DNA of 64,000 nucleotides from a virus: IMG/VR virus record IMGVR_UViG_3300027816_000057; one strand, 5' to 3'. The notes under the pieces were generated by a model. It saw only the letters and a list, made by a program, of their open reading frames with translations, was not told where the DNA came from and did no database searches. A program made the translations under genes and the position numbers. The stretch's first letter is position 1. Each line of letters starts with the position of its first letter. This document shows positions 1 through 8,601 of the stretch, piece after piece.

Positions 1-1
1 T

Positions 2-323
2 GAGGTTAAAAGATGTAATTCAAAATAAAAAAATTAAATTTATTTGCGAAGATTATCTATCAGTAATAGACTCAGCTAATTATAGCGTTATATATTGTGA
101 TCCTCCTTATGAAAACACCTTAAAATATAAAACGGGTAGTTTTGATAATAATAAATTTTTAAATGATCTAGAAAAAAATAAAAGAGACAACTATATATTA
201 TTATCAGAATTTTCTAACCCTAGAAATTACAACGTGATATATAAAAGAGAACGTGCTATAAATATGAAATTAACCAAAAATGCTACGCAAGAAAGAAAGA
301 CCGAACTCTTGCTGGAAATATAA
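2..323 (+). CDS. DNA adenine N6-methyltransferase (D12/Dam-like), C-terminal part, truncated by window start
   Basis: Not in the ORF track. Manual translation of frame 2 gives ...FICEDYLSVIDSANYSVIYCDPPYENT...ILLSEF...RKTELLLEI*, with the DPPY catalytic motif; TAA at 321-323. Confidence 0.85.
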   Translation, partial: RLKDVIQNKKIKFICEDYLSVIDSANYSVIYCDPPYENTLKYKTGSFDNNKFLNDLEKNKRDNYILLSEFSNPRNYNVIYKRERAINMKLTKNATQERKTELLLEI

Positions 324-353
324 ACTATTGTAGGTACTCTCTATTAAGAAGCA

Positions 354-362
354 GAGTATAAT
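354..362 (+). promoter_or_regulatory. Putative promoter -10-like element GAGTATAAT upstream of nrdB
   Basis: TATAAT in a short intergenic gap; variant of the GTGTATAA motif seen in other gaps. Confidence 0.4.
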
Positions 363-385
363 ACTTACTACTATTGAGAAAAAAC

Positions 386-1360
386 ATGAGCATTTTTGAC
401 AAAAGAATTGCGTTTAAACCTTTTGAGTATACCGAATTAACTAAATTTAAAGATGCAATTAATCATAGTTATTGGTTAGTTAGCGAATGGAATTTTATAA
501 GCGATATACAAGATTTTAATGTTAAATTAAACGACACGGAACGAAGTGCTATAAAAAATACATTATTAGCAATTTCGCAAATTGAAGTATCAGTAAAAAA
601 ATTCTGGACAAAACTAGGTGAAAGATTTCCTAAACCTGAGTTTGAGCAAGTAGGCGTTACTTTTGGAGAATCCGAAGTCCGTCATGCCGACGCTTACTCT
701 CATTTACTTCAAGTGTTAAATTTAAATAATGATTTTGAAATGCTTCTTCAAAACGAAGTTATACAAGGAAGAGTTGATTATCTTACAAAATATTTAAAAG
801 GTGCATCTGATAATAGTAATGAAAATTACACATTAACACTTGCACTGTTTTCTTTGTTTATAGAAAACATTAGTTTGTTTAGTCAATTTGCCATTATTAA
901 ATCATTCAATAAACATAAAAATATTTTAAAAGATATAGATAATGTCATTCAGGCTACTCAAAAAGAAGAACTGATACATGCTATGTTTGGTACTTATGTT
1001 ATCAATCAAATTAAGAAAGAATTTCCTGAATGGTTTAACGAGGAATTTTTTGAAAAAATTTATAGAGCCTGTAAAAAAGCTTATGACGCAGAATCCAAAA
1101 TTATAGACTGGATTTTTGAAAATGGTGATGTTGAATTTATCTCACGAGACAGTTTAAAAGAATTTATTAAAAATAGATTCAATGAGAGTATTAAAGGTAT
1201 TGGCGGAAAAGACGTTTTTGAAATTAATCAAGATTTACTAAAGCCGTTTGACTGGTTTGAACAAGAAATTTACGCTGAAATAAGCACCGACTTTTTTCAT
1301 AAAAAACCTACTACATATAGCAAAAAAACAAAACCAGTCAATGACGATGATCTATTTTAA
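386..1360 (+). CDS. nrdB: Ribonucleotide reductase class Ia beta subunit
   Basis: KPFEY, QIEVSV, ESEVRHADAYS (iron ligands plus radical Tyr), FIENISLFSQF, EELIH, C-terminal DFFHKKPTTYSK; ATG at 386 preferred over TTG at 374. Confidence 0.95.
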   Translation: MSIFDKRIAFKPFEYTELTKFKDAINHSYWLVSEWNFISDIQDFNVKLNDTERSAIKNTLLAISQIEVSVKKFWTKLGERFPKPEFEQVGVTFGESEVRHADAYSHLLQVLNLNNDFEMLLQNEVIQGRVDYLTKYLKGASDNSNENYTLTLALFSLFIENISLFSQFAIIKSFNKHKNILKDIDNVIQATQKEELIHAMFGTYVINQIKKEFPEWFNEEFFEKIYRACKKAYDAESKIIDWIFENGDVEFISRDSLKEFIKNRFNESIKGIGGKDVFEINQDLLKPFDWFEQEIYAEISTDFFHKKPTTYSKKTKPVNDDDLF

Positions 1361-1375
1361 AGAAAGAGATGTATT

Positions 1376-3022
1376 ATGTCTGAATTTATTTGGTATAACG
1401 ATTTATCTAAACAATTTTTAGAAAAAGATTATTTATTAAAAGGCCAAACTCTTGAAGAAAGAGTTGATATTATATGTAAAAAAGCAGAAGACATTCTAAA
1501 GATAAAGGGCTTTGGAGAAAAATTTAAAGACAATCTAAAAAAGGGATGGTATTCTTTATCTACTCCTATATGGACTAATTTTGGAACAAACAGGGGACTT
1601 CCTATTAGTTGCTTTGGTTCATATATTGAAGATACAATGGAATCTATTTTATCTACAAACGCCGAAGTCGGAATGATGACAAAATACGGCGGCGGCACAT
1701 CCGCTTATTTTGGTAATCTTAGACCTAGAGGCTCTGCTATTAATAGCAACGGCGAATCGTCCGGTTCCGTTCATTTTATGCAAATGTTTGATACTACTAT
1801 GACAACGGTTAATCAGGGTAGTACAAGACGAGGTAATTTCGCTGCTTATCTACCGATAGATCATAAAGACATAGAAGAATTTCTAAATATTAGATCTGAA
1901 GGAAACTCCATTCAAGATATTTCTTTTGGAGTTTGTGTTCCTGATTATTGGATAGAAGAAATGATAGCAGGCAATACTGAAAAAAGAAAGATATGGGCCA
2001 AAGTTCTTCAAAGTAGAATTAATACTGGATATCCATATATAATATTTACCGGTAATGCTAATAAAAATAAACCACAAGTTTATAAAGATAAAAATCTAGA
2101 AATTACTCATTCTAATTTGTGTTCTGAGATTTTTCTTCATACTAATAAAGACGAATCATTTGTATGCGATCTTTCCTCAATGAATATTGTTCATTTTGAT
2201 GAATGGAAAAATACCGACGCAGTAGAACTCCTTACTTACTTTTTAGATGCTGTAATGACAGAATTTATAGAGAAAGCAAAAGTTATTCCGTTTATGAATA
2301 GAGCTGTTAAATTTGCTGAAAATCAAAGAGCTTTAGGAATAGGATGGATAGGTTATCATTCTTATCTACAAAGTAAAATGATTCCGTTTGAAAGTATGGA
2401 AGCTAAGTTTACGAACATCGAGATAGCTGAAACCATTAAAAATCAAGCGGAGCAGGCTACTAGAAAATTAGCAAAAGAATACGGCGAGCCTGAGCTTCTT
2501 AAAGGCTACGGAATTAGAAACGCTACCCTTATGGCAGTAGCACCTACTAAATCGTCCGCCTTTATTTTAGGGCAAATCTCGGAAGGTATAGAACCTAACA
2601 AATCCAACTATTATATAAAAGATTTAGCCAAAGGAAAATTTACCGTAAAAAATCCTTATCTTATTAAAATTCTTGATGAAAAAGGATATAATACTGATCA
2701 GATATGGAATTCTATACTTAAGAATAAAGGTAGCGTCCAACATCTAGATATATTATCAGAAAAAGAAAAAGACGTATTTAAAACATTTAGAGAAATATCA
2801 CCTAAAGAAATTATAATTCAAGCCTCTCAGAGACAAAAATATATAGATCAAGGACAATCTTTAAATTTGATGATTCATCCGTCTATACCAACAAAAGATT
2901 TAAATGCTCTGATTATAGAAGCATGGAAACTTGGAGTTAAAGGATTATATTATCAGATTAGTGTAAACGCAGCACAGGAATTTGCCTCAAATATTTTAGA
3001 ATGCAAAAATTGCGAAGCGTAA
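1376..3022 (+). CDS. nrdA: Ribonucleotide reductase class I alpha subunit (compact, no ATP cone)
   Basis: STPIW, PISCF, GGGTS, SNLCSEI (thiyl Cys), APTKSSA, IDQGQSLN, GLYY, C-terminal CKNC. Confidence 0.96.
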   Translation: MSEFIWYNDLSKQFLEKDYLLKGQTLEERVDIICKKAEDILKIKGFGEKFKDNLKKGWYSLSTPIWTNFGTNRGLPISCFGSYIEDTMESILSTNAEVGMMTKYGGGTSAYFGNLRPRGSAINSNGESSGSVHFMQMFDTTMTTVNQGSTRRGNFAAYLPIDHKDIEEFLNIRSEGNSIQDISFGVCVPDYWIEEMIAGNTEKRKIWAKVLQSRINTGYPYIIFTGNANKNKPQVYKDKNLEITHSNLCSEIFLHTNKDESFVCDLSSMNIVHFDEWKNTDAVELLTYFLDAVMTEFIEKAKVIPFMNRAVKFAENQRALGIGWIGYHSYLQSKMIPFESMEAKFTNIEIAETIKNQAEQATRKLAKEYGEPELLKGYGIRNATLMAVAPTKSSAFILGQISEGIEPNKSNYYIKDLAKGKFTVKNPYLIKILDEKGYNTDQIWNSILKNKGSVQHLDILSEKEKDVFKTFREISPKEIIIQASQRQKYIDQGQSLNLMIHPSIPTKDLNALIIEAWKLGVKGLYYQISVNAAQEFASNILECKNCEA

Positions 3023-3029
3023 ATTAATT

Positions 3030-3392
3030 ATGAATAATATTGAAAATCTTGAATTTTTGTATAAAAATAGCAGCCTTAATTTTCCTGTCGCTTGGGAAGG
3101 TAGAAAAGTCGATGATGGATATACTTTTATTCCACAAGGTTCATATTTAGGTCATACTCTTATAGTATTATCTGATGTTTACGAAAATAGCGGAGTAGAC
3201 TGCGATCTTGTTGCAGCAGCTATAAATATAGTACCGTCTTTTTTAGAATTGGTTAAACTAGTTTCTAATCTAGAGAAAAAGGCTAGTGACTACAATGATG
3301 GTTGCGGATGTCGTTCTAGTAATAGTTTATCTAGCGACGAAGATTTTAGAAATCTAGTTAAGATTTGTAAAAGTTTAAAAATAGAGAATTAA
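3030..3392 (+). CDS. Hypothetical phage protein
   Basis: 120-aa ORF tiled in the operon. Confidence 0.7.
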   Translation: MNNIENLEFLYKNSSLNFPVAWEGRKVDDGYTFIPQGSYLGHTLIVLSDVYENSGVDCDLVAAAINIVPSFLELVKLVSNLEKKASDYNDGCGCRSSNSLSSDEDFRNLVKICKSLKIEN

Positions 3393-3393
3393 A

Positions 3394-3591
3394 ATGATAG
3401 AAGTATTATGGACAATATTGGGAATATTAGTATATCTAGCAATTGGTATTTGCGTGTCGAGGTTAGTTTCTCGTCCATATTTTACAAACGAAGATAGAGC
3501 CTGTCATGCGATCTTCTGGCCTTATTGTTTAATTTTATTATGTCTTACAAAGTTTGTAGATTTGATGGGATATCTCTCGGGAGGCAAATAG
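3394..3591 (+). CDS. Small membrane protein (two hydrophobic segments, IFWP motif)
   Basis: Two hydrophobic stretches; tight spacing with neighbours. Confidence 0.7.
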   Translation: MIEVLWTILGILVYLAIGICVSRLVSRPYFTNEDRACHAIFWPYCLILLCLTKFVDLMGYLSGGK

Positions 3592-3593
3592 TT

Positions 3594-3854
3594 ATGTCAC
3601 AATTAAACGAAACAGAGAAAAGAATATTTAGCGATCTTTTAGATTATCTTAGTCAAACTCTTAGTAACGCCGGATGTAATGATTATCCCATCGAAAATAC
3701 AGATGAAGGAAAAGCGTTATGGCTTGAAATTGAAAATTCGGTAAGAGAAGATAATGGTGATCCATTACTAGATAAAGTTCCTGAAAATCAAAAAGATTTT
3801 TGGACTTTTAATTGGCTTTTACTGAATACATTGCGGAAAAAACTGGAGCTATGA
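3594..3854 (+). CDS. Hypothetical phage protein (LSNAGCND motif)
   Basis: ATG at 3594 follows GGAGG; acidic 86-aa protein. Confidence 0.7.
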   Translation: MSQLNETEKRIFSDLLDYLSQTLSNAGCNDYPIENTDEGKALWLEIENSVREDNGDPLLDKVPENQKDFWTFNWLLLNTLRKKLEL

Positions 3855-3857
3855 TCT

Positions 3858-4346
3858 ATGGAAATTAAAACCATTCCCGAAAAAGTTATTCCCGAACAAT
3901 ACGTTGTTAACGGAGGATCGTTTTCTAATTTAGAAGATGCCCAAAAAGAACTTGAAAGAGTTAAAAAAGAAGAAAGAATTAAAAATAAAATTATTTTTAA
4001 AAAAATATTAAATGAAGAATTATATCTGATAGATATACTAGATCAAGAATGTTTAGATTATATTTCTATATATGGAAACAGACTTCTTTTATTAAATAAT
4101 AATATACCTGATAATAGTTATGTTGAAACGGCGGACTTTAGCATAATTAAAAAACCCGGAAAATATTTTGTTTTGTTAGAAAAAATAGGTCATCGTTTTG
4201 AAACTCAATTATATAGTGCCCGCATATTAGAAGATAGGGATTCTATTAATAAACTTCTTAATAAAGAATTAGAAAATCTGACAGAAGAAATTGAAGAACT
4301 GAATTTAAAAAAGCATGAAATTTATAAACTTATGATTAAGAATTAA
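3858..4346 (+). CDS. Hypothetical protein with C-terminal coiled coil
   Basis: 162-aa ORF preceded by GGAG. Confidence 0.7.
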   Translation: MEIKTIPEKVIPEQYVVNGGSFSNLEDAQKELERVKKEERIKNKIIFKKILNEELYLIDILDQECLDYISIYGNRLLLLNNNIPDNSYVETADFSIIKKPGKYFVLLEKIGHRFETQLYSARILEDRDSINKLLNKELENLTEEIEELNLKKHEIYKLMIKN

Positions 4347-4350
4347 ATAT

Positions 4351-4662
4351 ATGCCAACCAAAATTTACGGGCAATCGGATGATTTAGTAGAATTTAAAGG
4401 CGAATATAACGGAGAGGTTTCGTTTTACGGATCAAGTGATGAAGAACAAGGATTAATAATTTGCGATGATGGTACGGTAGCCTCCGTAAAATACGGTAAG
4501 GCTGATATGGCTATTTGGCAAATTACGGTATTAAAAAAAGGAAAACTTTTTGATAAATTGGAAACCTGTGAAGATGAAGACGCTAAGATATATAGCGATA
4601 TTCTTTATCTAAAAAGCGGTATCAAAAATATTTATTTCGCGTCGAATTGGGAAAAGGTTTAA
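4351..4662 (+). CDS. Hypothetical phage protein (IYGxSDDLVE motif)
   Basis: N-terminal KIYGQSDDLVEF motif typical of a small phage protein family. Confidence 0.7.
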   Translation: MPTKIYGQSDDLVEFKGEYNGEVSFYGSSDEEQGLIICDDGTVASVKYGKADMAIWQITVLKKGKLFDKLETCEDEDAKIYSDILYLKSGIKNIYFASNWEKV

Positions 4663-4668
4663 TAGTCA

Positions 4669-4676
4669 GTGTATAA
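4669..4676 (+). promoter_or_regulatory. GTGTATAA promoter-like motif
   Basis: Exact motif in the intergenic gap, upstream of a structured leader and an AAGGAG RBS. Confidence 0.55.
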
Positions 4677-4681
4677 ATTTA

Positions 4682-4724
4682 CGAGACTTTAATTTTAGTC
4701 CTCTAGTCTCGGGACTTTAAGGAG
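4682..4724 (+). promoter_or_regulatory. Structured 5' leader with alternative hairpins and RBS
   Basis: CGAGACT(4682-88)/AGTCTCG(4705-11) stem; AGTCC(4697-4701)/GGACT(4712-16) stem; GACTTTAA direct repeat; AAGGAG at 4719-4724. Confidence 0.45.
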
Positions 4725-4730
4725 CATCGA

Positions 4731-5510
4731 ATGGCTTTTGCAAATAATTTTGTTGCGGTTTTAGTTTCAAATAATCAAATTTTAAGAGAAAATAGAGTAC
4801 AAGAAAGGGATGAAATTTATATTCCTTTCGGTAACGAATATAGTTTTAGATTTAAAAATCTTAACTCTAAAAGAGCCTTAGTGAATATTTGGATTGACGG
4901 AAAATCTGTTTCGGCTGGTGGATTAGTCATTGACCCTAATAAGGAAATAGATTTTCTAGGTGAAATTAATAATAATTTAGCTCACAACTCTTTCAAGTTT
5001 ATTGAAAAGACACAAGAAATTTCCGATTATCGCGGCGATAGAATTGATGATGGTATCATTCGTATAGAGGTTCAATTTGAAAAGGTCCAGAAGCCATTAA
5101 AAGGAAAACCGTACACTCCGTATGATAATGATCAATGGACTAGACCGCCATTTCATCCTAAGTGGCCTGATTTTGATAGACCTCATATTACATTTAATAC
5201 TAATCCAGTTTTAAGAGGATCGTCTTTTTCTTGTCAGTCCGCTTCTTCAGAATCTTCTTTTCAAAACGATTGTGTTGATGGTATAACCGTACCCGGAAGT
5301 GTCGTAGATCAACGATTTACTTCCGTAACAATTGGTCCGTTAGAGAATGATAAAACCGTATTTACCTTTCAATTAGTTGGTAAAAAAAAAGATAATACCA
5401 GTGTAGTGATACCAAAAACAATTCAGCAAAAAACTAAATGCCCCACTTGTGGGAAAATTTCAAAGAGTAATAGTAATTTTTGCAAAAATTGCGGAACTTG
5501 TTTGATATAA
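4731..5510 (+). CDS. Hypothetical beta-rich protein with C-terminal zinc ribbon
   Basis: C-terminal CPTCG...FCKNCG; strong RBS. Confidence 0.75.
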   Translation: MAFANNFVAVLVSNNQILRENRVQERDEIYIPFGNEYSFRFKNLNSKRALVNIWIDGKSVSAGGLVIDPNKEIDFLGEINNNLAHNSFKFIEKTQEISDYRGDRIDDGIIRIEVQFEKVQKPLKGKPYTPYDNDQWTRPPFHPKWPDFDRPHITFNTNPVLRGSSFSCQSASSESSFQNDCVDGITVPGSVVDQRFTSVTIGPLENDKTVFTFQLVGKKKDNTSVVIPKTIQQKTKCPTCGKISKSNSNFCKNCGTCLI

Positions 5511-5516
5511 TAGTCT

Positions 5517-5783
5517 ATGAAAAATGAAAATATCACCGTAAAAGATTTTATTAATATTCTTTCACAATTCGATCCTAATCGTATTTTAATTATGAGTAAA
5601 GACGGCGAAGGAAATAGTTATAGTCCTTTGTGTAGTGCTTGGGAAGCCTCATATCTACCAAATAATGCATGGTGTGGAGATATAGGTTTAGAAAAACTAA
5701 CTCCAAAAGATAAAGAATTAGGATATACTGATGAAGATGTCGTGAATGGAATTCCTTGTATTGTTCTATCTCCAATAAATTGA
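5517..5783 (+). CDS. Hypothetical phage protein (SKDGEGNSYSPL motif)
   Basis: 88-aa ORF; TGATG coupling to the next gene. Confidence 0.7.
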   Translation: MKNENITVKDFINILSQFDPNRILIMSKDGEGNSYSPLCSAWEASYLPNNAWCGDIGLEKLTPKDKELGYTDEDVVNGIPCIVLSPIN

Positions 5784-6223
5784 TGCAAACCTTTTTACCA
5801 TATCCAGATTTCCAAAAATCGGCACAATCTTTAGATTGGCGTAGATTAAATAAACAAGTCATAGAGGCTATGCAAATTGCTAATGTCTCTATTTTACTTC
5901 AATCTAAATTGACTACCGGTTGGAAAAATCACCCAGCACGGCGAATGTGGTTGGGTTACGAATATCAACTTTGTAATTATGCTCTTGCCTGTAGAGACGA
6001 GTGGGTAAAAAGAGGTTATAATTCTAATACTAGAGATAAGATAATCAACATTCAGTCTCATTATAAAGACACCGGACTACCATCATGGATCGGGCGAGAA
6101 GATTTTCATTTATCCCACCGTCAGGCGTTGCTACATAAAGAAATTGAAAGAAATGAACCGATCTGGTATAAAAATCAGTGGCCGGATTTAGAGCCTAAAC
6201 TAGATTATATTTGGCCTGTATAA
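5783..6223 (+). CDS. Pyrimidine-dimer DNA glycosylase-like protein (MSMEG_6728/DenV-related)
   Basis: MQTFLPYPDF, LDWRRLNKQVIEAMQI, GWKNHPARRMW, PSWIG..FHLSHRQALLHK, YIWPV. Confidence 0.85.
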   Translation: MQTFLPYPDFQKSAQSLDWRRLNKQVIEAMQIANVSILLQSKLTTGWKNHPARRMWLGYEYQLCNYALACRDEWVKRGYNSNTRDKIINIQSHYKDTGLPSWIGREDFHLSHRQALLHKEIERNEPIWYKNQWPDLEPKLDYIWPV

Positions 6224-6233
6224 TAATTAAATA

Positions 6234-6584
6234 TCAATATGTAAAAGTTGTGCTATGATCTATTTTTACAGTTCCGTTAGCTACAACTTTTCTGTTTCCT
6301 GATGTGTCAGTGATAGAAGCTTCGTGATAGTACATACCCCAAAGATTTTGTACATCACTAGAATTAATATCAACCATCATTAAACCGCTTTCTGCATATG
6401 GAAATGTTATACCTGATAATGTCGTTTTTGATATTACAGGAGAACTAACGTTATTTCGCGATAAAAGCCATTCAGCAGATGATCCAGTAAGATCAAATAA
6501 ATCGCCGTTACTATCTCGAATAGTAAAAATTATATTTTTATCTTCGCCTTTAAATAAATTAAAATTTTGGTTGCTACTAGACAT
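6234..6584 (-). CDS. Virion protein, BppU N-terminal-like Ig-fold domain
   Basis: FKGEDKNIIFTIRDSNG..FDLTG..., YYHEASITD..G..KVVANGTVKI pattern of baseplate-upper-like domains. Confidence 0.6.
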   Translation of the reverse strand: MSSSNQNFNLFKGEDKNIIFTIRDSNGDLFDLTGSSAEWLLSRNNVSSPVISKTTLSGITFPYAESGLMMVDINSSDVQNLWGMYYHEASITDTSGNRKVVANGTVKIDHSTTFTY

Positions 6585-6838
6585 TATATAATTTCCACTA
6601 TTATATTATATACACCCGATAACTGTTCGGTATTATAAGTGCCGTTTAAATTAATTGATCCAAAAACACCATTTAAATTAACTGAATCTGCAGTTCCTTG
6701 TAAGTTATTATCAGCATAATTTCCGTTTAAATTAATAATATTAATAATTGGCGGTTTTATTACGGAAGTACTAAATAATTGCCAATAATTTATCGGCCAA
6801 TAATTTTTAGGAAAATAATTTTTAGGAAAAGCTATCAT
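6584..6838 (-). CDS. Small repeat-rich putative virion protein
   Basis: FPKNY-FPKNY-WPINY-W and repeated LNG units; coupled to both neighbours. Confidence 0.6.
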   Translation of the reverse strand: MIAFPKNYFPKNYWPINYWQLFSTSVIKPPIINIINLNGNYADNNLQGTADSVNLNGVFGSINLNGTYNTEQLSGVYNIIVEII

Positions 6839-7572
6839 AAAGTTAATGTGGGATTAGAAGTGGAATTACCGTTATTATCAACTTGCATGGTTATTCTAGT
6901 AGTAGAATTGTCCAAACCTTTGAAGGTTATGGTCGATGTCCCGCCGCCCGCACGAGAGCCTCCTAGAGCCGCCCCGATTAATCTGAACACCTGATTGACC
7001 GTAACGCCCGCCTCTACAGGAGAATTTAATAGGCCGCTTATAGCCTCATTTGTAAATCCGGTAGTATAAACATTATACGAGTCAAGAGAAACCGGATTGC
7101 TAATTGTATTTACAAGCGGTATAACAGCATCGGTATGTAAACCGGTTGCTAGTGTAACTTTATGAATACCGGGATTAAAATTAAATCCAGTTGTAGAGGC
7201 ATTTACTCTATTACCGTCAAAAGTAAATCTATTATTTTGACTATTCAATGAGCTGAAATCTATTTCATTATCGCCGTCCCAATATAAATTATCGCATAAT
7301 AATAATAAATCATTAGTTCTATCTATATTTAATCCAATTTTTCTTAAAAAGTCAACAGAATAAACGCCGCTATTTGCTGTAAAATTTATATTATTATAAT
7401 AAATTCCTTGTCTATAAATTCCAGTTAATTCAATAGCGTAATTAGATTGTTCATTTAATAAAAAGTTTTTAAATAATCCAGATTGTGAAACATATACAAA
7501 ACCAGACGTATCATATATATTTACATAATAGTTTCCGGTAGGGCCAGCAAATTGTATTTTTAAATCACTCAT
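6835..7572 (-). CDS. Putative virion structural protein
   Basis: C-terminal VEAGVTVNQVFRLIGAALGG...TRITMQVDNNGN motif resembling phage structural-protein termini; S/T/G/N rich. Confidence 0.55.
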   Translation of the reverse strand: MSDLKIQFAGPTGNYYVNIYDTSGFVYVSQSGLFKNFLLNEQSNYAIELTGIYRQGIYYNNINFTANSGVYSVDFLRKIGLNIDRTNDLLLLCDNLYWDGDNEIDFSSLNSQNNRFTFDGNRVNASTTGFNFNPGIHKVTLATGLHTDAVIPLVNTISNPVSLDSYNVYTTGFTNEAISGLLNSPVEAGVTVNQVFRLIGAALGGSRAGGGTSTITFKGLDNSTTRITMQVDNNGNSTSNPTLTL

Positions 7573-7575
7573 ATT

Positions 7576-8601
7576 TTATCCATTAAAATAATTAAATCTT
7601 TCAAAAGTTGGTGTTAAAATTATTGGTGTAATAGCAAAACAATCTTTTCCGTTTGCAGAATAATTCCAAGTAGGAGGAGATCCAGCCGTATTTCTATTGA
7701 CACCGCTAGCGTTATATATTACAGCTTCTCTTTCATTTTTATCTACAAAATCACGAACAACTCTAGTATAGTTTCCAGTAGTTAACGGTCTTATAGATGA
7801 AATATATCTTTTACCATTTTGTAAAGTAATAGGATTAAAGTTTATTGTAGACATGCCTTGCGAAGATGTTAAATTTTGAAGTCCACCATTAATTATTCCA
7901 GAAGCTAGTAAATTTTGACCAGTTGAACTTATTTTTTCATATAAACATAAAGCGACATCGCTATTATTATTTAATAATCTCAAAGAAGCGTGTATTCCAA
8001 TACATTGACAATTAAATTCTTGTGTCCATTCCATACCGTATTCATTTGGATTTGAAACAGAGTTAGTATTCGCTGTAGTTGATCTTGATACAGGAAAAGT
8101 AAAAGGTAAAATCGAATTATCATTAAATTTTACCGATATAACTGAGGCACCGTTTAATTTTGACCAAGTAGAACCAGCAGAAGATAGGCTGTAAGGTAAT
8201 CTTTGTAATCCATATGTTCCAATAATAGTATTTACTGTAGCTTGTGCCCCTCCGCTAGCACGAGTTATATATAAAGATGCTCCGCTATTTGGAAGCAAAG
8301 TTTGTGGAGCAATTAAAGGTATCCATTGCCAACCAGTAACAGCGGCAAATGTATTAGTCATTGATCCAGTCGATAATATTGATCCGCTATTAGGAGTATA
8401 ATTTGTTGGATTTATATTACATAATGTTGCTCTTAAAAACGGCGTACCAACAACGGAAGAAACGTTAAGTCCAACATGAGTAACAGTTCTTCCTGTTTCT
8501 TCTCTCCATACTAAACCAATATTATTCGCACCTGTTACTGCAGAAGTAGTTAATGCACCGGCACTTTCCCAATCACAATTAAAAAGATTATAAGTTCCCA
8601 T
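7576..8601 (-). CDS. Putative virion protein with two beta-sandwich-like domains
   Basis: S/T/N/G rich; two similar halves (PLIAPQTLLPN / INFNPITLQNGKRY). Confidence 0.5.
   Translation of the reverse strand: MGTYNLFNCDWESAGALTTSAVTGANNIGLVWREETGRTVTHVGLNVSSVVGTPFLRATLCNINPTNYTPNSGSILSTGSMTNTFAAVTGWQWIPLIAPQTLLPNSGASLYITRASGGAQATVNTIIGTYGLQRLPYSLSSAGSTWSKLNGASVISVKFNDNSILPFTFPVSRSTTANTNSVSNPNEYGMEWTQEFNCQCIGIHASLRLLNNNSDVALCLYEKISSTGQNLLASGIINGGLQNLTSSQGMSTINFNPITLQNGKRYISSIRPLTTGNYTRVVRDFVDKNEREAVIYNASGVNRNTAGSPPTWNYSANGKDCFAITPIILTPTFERFNYFNG

Noticed and set aside
1429-2077. Antisense ORFs within nrdA, and similar ones at 5590, 23396, 27404, 27791, 33008, 35237, 36054, 36756, 41538, 45405 and 45745
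   Set aside because: Shadow frames of well-supported genes, with no motifs or RBS
4682-4716. H-type pseudoknot, tRNA or known riboswitch
   Set aside because: The second stem starts immediately after the first (no loop 3), making simultaneous pairing unlikely; too short for a tRNA and no recognisable aptamer. Kept only as alternative hairpins
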